Program-made: the position numbers and the translations under genes | From: Ascoidea asiatica JCM 7603 | Taxonomy: Eukaryota > Fungi > Ascomycota | Reading direction: 5' to 3' | NCBI GenBank assembly: GCA_001600695.1 | Contig: BCKQ01000001.1 | Span: 1,270,202 to 1,334,201 of the forward strand | DNA length: 64,000 bases | Shown here: piece by piece, positions 58,601 through 64,000 of the stretch | Position numbering within the stretch: the stretch's first letter is position 1 | Layout: the number at the start of each line of letters is the position of its first letter | The notes under the pieces: model-generated | Database searches by the model: none | Told to the model about the DNA's origin: nothing | Seen by the model: only the letters and a program-made list of their open reading frames with translations

Positions 58601-59454
58601 TTTGGCTTTGAACAGAACTTTCATGATTATTATGTGAGATAGGCTTAGAGATTGAATTTTCTATTTTATTACGCTCTAATTCCAATTCCAATTTATCTTC
58701 TTTATTTCTTAAAGGTTTTGAATAATTTGAATTTGAAGGAGAAGTTTTTTTTGATGATGAATCAGTTGAGTTTATCAAAGAAGGTTTCAATTGTCTTTCA
58801 AATTTTAGATCAATTGGATTTATAATTGAATTAACTTTTAAATCTGCAACATTTTTTTTAATGATTCTTTTGATATCCTTTAATGGAAATGTCATTGTAT
58901 TATTAATTTTATTATTAATTTTATTTTTATTTTTATTATTACTATCATTATTATCATTATTATTATTAGAATTGAAATTATTTTTGCTATTTTTGAAAAG
59001 AAGATCATTAATAGAATTTAAAGAATTTTGACGAAGATAATCAGATATTGGTAAAATAATATCTTTATCTTCACTTGAATCTTTAGTTTGATTACAGTTA
59101 GAATTAAAATTTTCAGGATTTGAATTTAAATTATTGTTAGTGTTAGAGTTATATGTAGTATTCAAAAGGTCATTTGAATTTGAATTTGAATTATTATCAT
59201 TGGAAGAATTTGAAAGATTTGAATTTTCATTATTAAGTTTATTTAATTTTTTATTATTTTCATGATAAGAAATTCTTTTACGTTTTCTTGGTTCATCAAT
59301 AATATTTTCAACTGATAAAAACAGTTTATCATCTAATAAATTTTTTCTTAATTTTTTTTCATTAACTATTGGTTCAGTAACATATTCATAAAATTGTTTT
59401 GTAGATTTTTTTTTATTTTTATCTTTAAATTGATCAATGTTATTAATAATTGGC

Positions 59455-59513
<59 letters not shown>

Positions 59514-60674
59514 TTGAATTTGAAAAGGTGCTGGAGTTGGATTTAAAAGTAAATTTGTATCTTCTGGAAATTCAATTTTTGTAAAAGAAGTTAATTTACG
59601 AGTTGTACCAGTTACAGAAATTGGATATTTTCTTGGTCTACCAATTGATTTTATTTTTTTCTTTTTAATGTTATTATTGTTACTGTTTATGATTGGAATT
59701 GTGGGTTTCTTTTCAGTAATTTGAGTTTCTTTATTTGATTCATTTTTTGACTGAGTCTTTGATTCAATATCTTTTTCAAATTCATTACTATTATTATTAT
59801 TACTATCTTTATTATTATTTTTATTATTAATGTTATTATCAATTATGAATTTTGATGTTGATTTAATAATATCCTTGGCAGTATTCAAGTTCTTATTACT
59901 TGAAGTAATACTAGAAGTATTACCTAAGGTATTTTTATTATTATCAATTTTAGTTATTGTATTTGTTTTGAAATTTATTTTAACTAAATTACCAGAATTT
60001 TTATTACTTTTGTTATTGTTATTCTTATTGTTAATGTTATTGTTGATATTATTATTGGGATTAATAGGAGAAGTAATTGAGAAATTTTGTAAATTTTTAT
60101 TAAAATTTAAAAAAAATAAAAGTTTTTCATTATTATTAGAATTATTAATAATATTTATAAAAATTGGATTAATTTTAATATTTAAATTATTATTGAATAA
60201 ATTTTTTAATAATTTTAAAAAATTTAAATTTAAAATTGTATTTTTAAAAAAATTATTTAAATTTAAAAATGTTGAAATATTTTTTAATAAATTTTCAATT
60301 ATAAAAATTGTATAATAAATGTTATTATTTTCATTATTTTCATTAATTGATTGATTAATTATTTGATTATCATCGATTATAATTAATTGAAAGATTAATC
60401 TAATGATAAAAATTAAAGAATTTTTTTTTAATTGAATTGAATTTGAACATAAATTTAAATTTAAATTTAAATCTTGATTTGAATCTATTATATCAAGAGC
60501 TAATAATTTTGAAAAATTTAATAAAGTAATATTTTGAGTAAAAGATCTTTTTGCAATAGTTATATCATAGTTAGATAAATTATTTTCAACATTATCTAAA
60601 TTATTAATTTGAATATTATGATTGTCAGTGTTTGTATTAGAATTTAGTGTATCTTTAGATTTTTCTGAAAGCAT
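55671..60674 (-). CDS. Hypothetical 1667-aa protein with an AT-hook and C-terminal RRM(s)
   Basis: 5-kb ORF. AT-hook IGRPRKYP at ~59642-59622. C-terminal RRM reads FKNYGQIHKINF...VFIEYNSNEQAQGAVKGLNGQFLDGRCLYVSYF and is preceded by a possible degenerate RRM. Confidence 0.75.
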
Positions 60675-62120
60675 ATTTAAAATATTAAATATTAAATATT
60701 AAATATATAATGATAAGGAGATATATATATTTTTTTTAAGAATCAAAATTTGATAGGTTTCTATGAAAATTCTCCTTTAAACATAAATATAAAATGTATT
60801 TATATTTTATAATTCATATAATATATTTTTATATATTGCAGTGTAATGAGTAGAAGATTTATATATGTATAGAATATAGTAAGTATTATTAAAATGATAG
60901 GGTGGGATAATTTCTAGGATAAATTTACAGAAAAAAGAGTATGAATGTGAATAGAGTGAGATAAATATGCAGTAGTGAAGTGAGTTGAGTGTATTAAAAA
61001 AATTATGAAAAAAGCCAATAATTAAAGTTACTTAATGAATTATGATAAATTTACTGTCAGAATACAGTGAAAAAATATAATTTAATAAAATATATAGAAA
61101 AAAAAAAGTATTATTTTTTCTTATGATGGATTTAAAATAATTGATATGTTTTTTTATCTTTTTTAATTGTTTATAGATATGATTTTAAATTTTTTTTCAT
61201 ATATTTACAAAGTTCTTTTTTACTAACTGTAGGAATAAAACAAATCTGAGATTAGAATTGTAAAAAAAAAAGAATAAAGAAAAGTAGAATTTGAATAAGA
61301 AAATAATTTTTATAAGCAATTGAAAAAATAAATTAGATGGAAATGAAAAATGAATTGATTAATTGAAATACAAAAGAATTAAAATAAGTAAAAGATGATA
61401 AAAAGAATGAATAGAGAAACTAAATTACCTTTGTTTTTTATGTTTTTTATATTTTTTAGGATATGATCTGAAGTGGTTGGGAATTGGTGGTATATTTCTG
61501 GAACCCTCAATGGAGGTTTGGAGATTACGCGCTTTAAAACTCAGGGAAGTAAATACACGAAGAGAAACAAAGAAGAAACAGACAGGAAATAAAGAGGAAA
61601 GAAAGAGGAAATAAAGAGGAAAGAGAGAGGAAAGGGTAGCTGAGAAGTGGTCTCGTGGTGATCAGGTGAGTACAGTGGAGCCAGAAATGCGGGAGCAGTT
61701 ACCGGAGTGGGCGCTTAAGAAATAAACAACCACAAAAGAGGGCAATATACAAAAGAAGATGTAAAAAGAAGATGTAAAAAGAAGATATAGACATAGTAGA
61801 TATAGACATAGATATAGAAACAGGTATAAAACAAGTAAGCGCTACAATACAATATATCCAATCACACACAAAATCACAGAGATATAAACTAAAAGAGATT
61901 ATGATAACAGTATTTTATCCATAACTCTCTTCTATTCATTGATATGTCAGAACTCCAGATTTTGGATTCCACTCTCATTTTCATACTCATTTCATGATAG
62001 CGTAAAAAAACCATTCAAATATAAAATATCATCAATACAACCTCCCTCTTAATTTTCATTTTATCTAAACTTAGATTCAAATTTAGTTTCGGTTTATTAA
62101 ATATTTTTTAAGATAAGCAA

Positions 62121-63108
62121 ATGTATAATCAAAATACTATTCCAAATTCAACAAATCCTATTGTTTCTAACATTACTGATAATCCTATCACTTCTTCTTC
62201 TACTACTACTAATACCAATAATACTATTTTCAACATCAATATCAATGATTCGACAGGCGCTGAAACTTCTGAAATTGATAATGTTCAATCAAATAAAATA
62301 AATAATCCTTCTGATGTACCACAAAATCAATCAAATAATAATAATGACCCAAACATCAATGAAACTTCTTCAAATCCCCCATCTTCAAATTCAAATTCAA
62401 ATTCAAATTCAAACAGCCAATCATCAAAAGTTAAAAGAAAATATAGTAAAAATGGTTGTAAAGAATGTAAAAGAAGAAAAATGAAATGTGATGAATGTAA
62501 ACCTGAATGTTGGCAATGTAGTAGATTAGGTAAAGTTTGTATTTATCAACCTTCAATTAAAAAGAAAAATACTCAAAATTCAATTATTTTAAATCCAAAT
62601 ACAAATCCTATCACAAATTCAAGTATAAATACAAATATAAGTACAAATGCAAATGCAAGTATCAAAAATATTCCAATTAATACAATCAATACATTCAGTA
62701 CTCAATTACCTCCATTATCTTCTCACATTAATCACAACATATCTGTAGATCCTCAAATTAATAATTTCAATTCAAACAGTAATAACTTAAACAGTAATAA
62801 CTTGAACAATAATAACAATAATAACTATAATAACTATAATAACTATAATGACAATAATTTAAATAATAACTTCAATGACAATCTAATAGATTATACTTCC
62901 TTACAATCGGAACAATTTGCTTTAGCAACAACTTTAAATAATATAATATCTTCAAATATGTCTATTTATAATCCTCATCAAAATCATCAGAATCAAACTG
63001 ATTTAAATTTATCAAATTTAACAAATACAAATAACTCAAATAACTCAAATAATTCAAATAATTCAAATGATTCAGATACAATTTATAATCCTCCTTTATA
63101 TATAAATA

Positions 63109-63162
<54 letters not shown>

Positions 63163-63446
63163 TCAATAATAATATCAATAGTAATATTAATATAAACAAT
63201 AATCATAATCATAATCAAAATCACAATAGTAATAACAATAACAATAACAATAACTCTCAAGTTAAAAATGAACTAGATATCGAAGATGATAATTCTTCTT
63301 TATCGGATGATTTCTTATTCAATTTTAATGGTAATGATATTGAATATATCTCTAAAATTAATTTAAATTATTTATCAAATAATTTTAATAATAATGTAAA
63401 TTTACCAACTAATAATCAATTTAATGATATATTAAATAATCCTTTA

Positions 63447-63500
<54 letters not shown>

Positions 63501-64000
63501 CAAATAGATAATCATTTAGGTAATCAATTAAATAATAATCAGCTAAATAATAATATGAATAATCAACTGAATAATCATTTAGATAATCGAATAAATAATC
63601 CATTAAATCCAATTTTACCTTTGAATAATCAGATTAATACTCTTAATCCAATTAACTCTATAAACACAATCAATTCAATTAATCAAATCAACCCAATCAA
63701 CCCAATCAATTCAATCAATTCAATCAATTCAATCAATCCACTCAATCCTATTAATAATATTAACATAATTAATCCAATAGATAGTCATTTAGATCACATA
63801 AATAATCAACTGAATAATCAATTAAATAAATTAACTCAATCAAATGATATTCAAAATTATAATTTAAATACAATTGACTTTAATTCTCCAGATTCTTCAC
63901 CAAATACTACTTTTCTTCAAAATAATCAATTTAATCCACGTAATAAATTTAATTCAAATAATATAAATAATCCAAATTATAAAAACGATAAAAATAATAT
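62121..64000 (+). CDS. LYS14: Zn(II)2Cys6 transcription factor, Lys14-like; 3' truncated by window end
   Basis: ATG at 62121. In frame: KRKYSKNGCKECKRRKMKCDECKPECWQCSRLGKVCIY, closely matching the Lys14-family cluster. No stop seen before 64000, which would explain its absence from the ORF track. Confidence 0.8.

Noticed and set aside
61660-62075. Leader intron of the Lys14-like gene (GTGAGT 61666, GTAAGC ~61835)
   Set aside because: No convincing CTAAC/CTAAT branch point at a suitable distance from an acceptor.
3788-63612. Numerous 60-160 aa ORFs overlapping real genes on the opposite strand or in another frame (e.g. 4251-4571, 29489-29905, 51236-51598, 59830-60315, 63421-63612)
   Set aside because: Shadow frames of AT-biased coding or AAT-repeat DNA; F/L/I/Y-rich with no motifs, and many start at TTG.
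1-64000. Transposons, LTRs, CRISPR arrays, rRNA, telomeric repeats
   Set aside because: No RT, integrase or transposase motifs, no long direct or inverted terminal repeats and no repeat-spacer arrays. The tandem repeats seen are slippage-type.

Overview
Very AT-rich (roughly 20-25% GC by eye) nuclear DNA of a budding yeast (Saccharomycotina). The composition, poly-Asn tracts, multi-intron genes and URC1/CSN7-like genes are reminiscent of Ascoidea-like yeasts, but that is inference, and CTG decoding (Leu vs Ser) is unverified. Recognisable genes in order: SEC3, ADE2, CSN7/CSN9-like, an orphan, an intron-containing alcohol acetyltransferase, SEC7, a secreted class-3 lipase, a yapsin-like aspartic protease interrupted by one in-frame TGA, ARG82/IPK2, a 1006-aa orphan, URC1/urg1-like GTP cyclohydrolase II homolog, intron-containing tRNA-Ser(GCU), SSO1/2, an orphan, RPP2 (ATG split by an intron), a four-exon 92-aa DUF4748-like gene missed by the ORF track, ERG27, ERV2, TIF5, RRP9, YPP1, a 1667-aa AT-hook/RRM orphan, and the 5' part of a LYS14-like Zn2Cys6 factor running off the window. 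No transposon, CRISPR array or rRNA was seen. The best leads are (i) the TGA in the protease pro-region, which sits in a leaky context and inside a potential in-frame 102-nt intron; (ii) a recurrent promoter motif GAGACC(A/G) that I cannot assign to a known factor; (iii) a probable TIF5 leader intron whose two alternative donors would include or remove a uORF; (iv) nine Rgt1-type CGGANNA sites plus a leader intron in front of an orphan ORF; and (v) two large orphans sharing a histone/acidic-patch-like motif. I cannot establish a new multi-gene system from sequence alone. All counts were made by eye.
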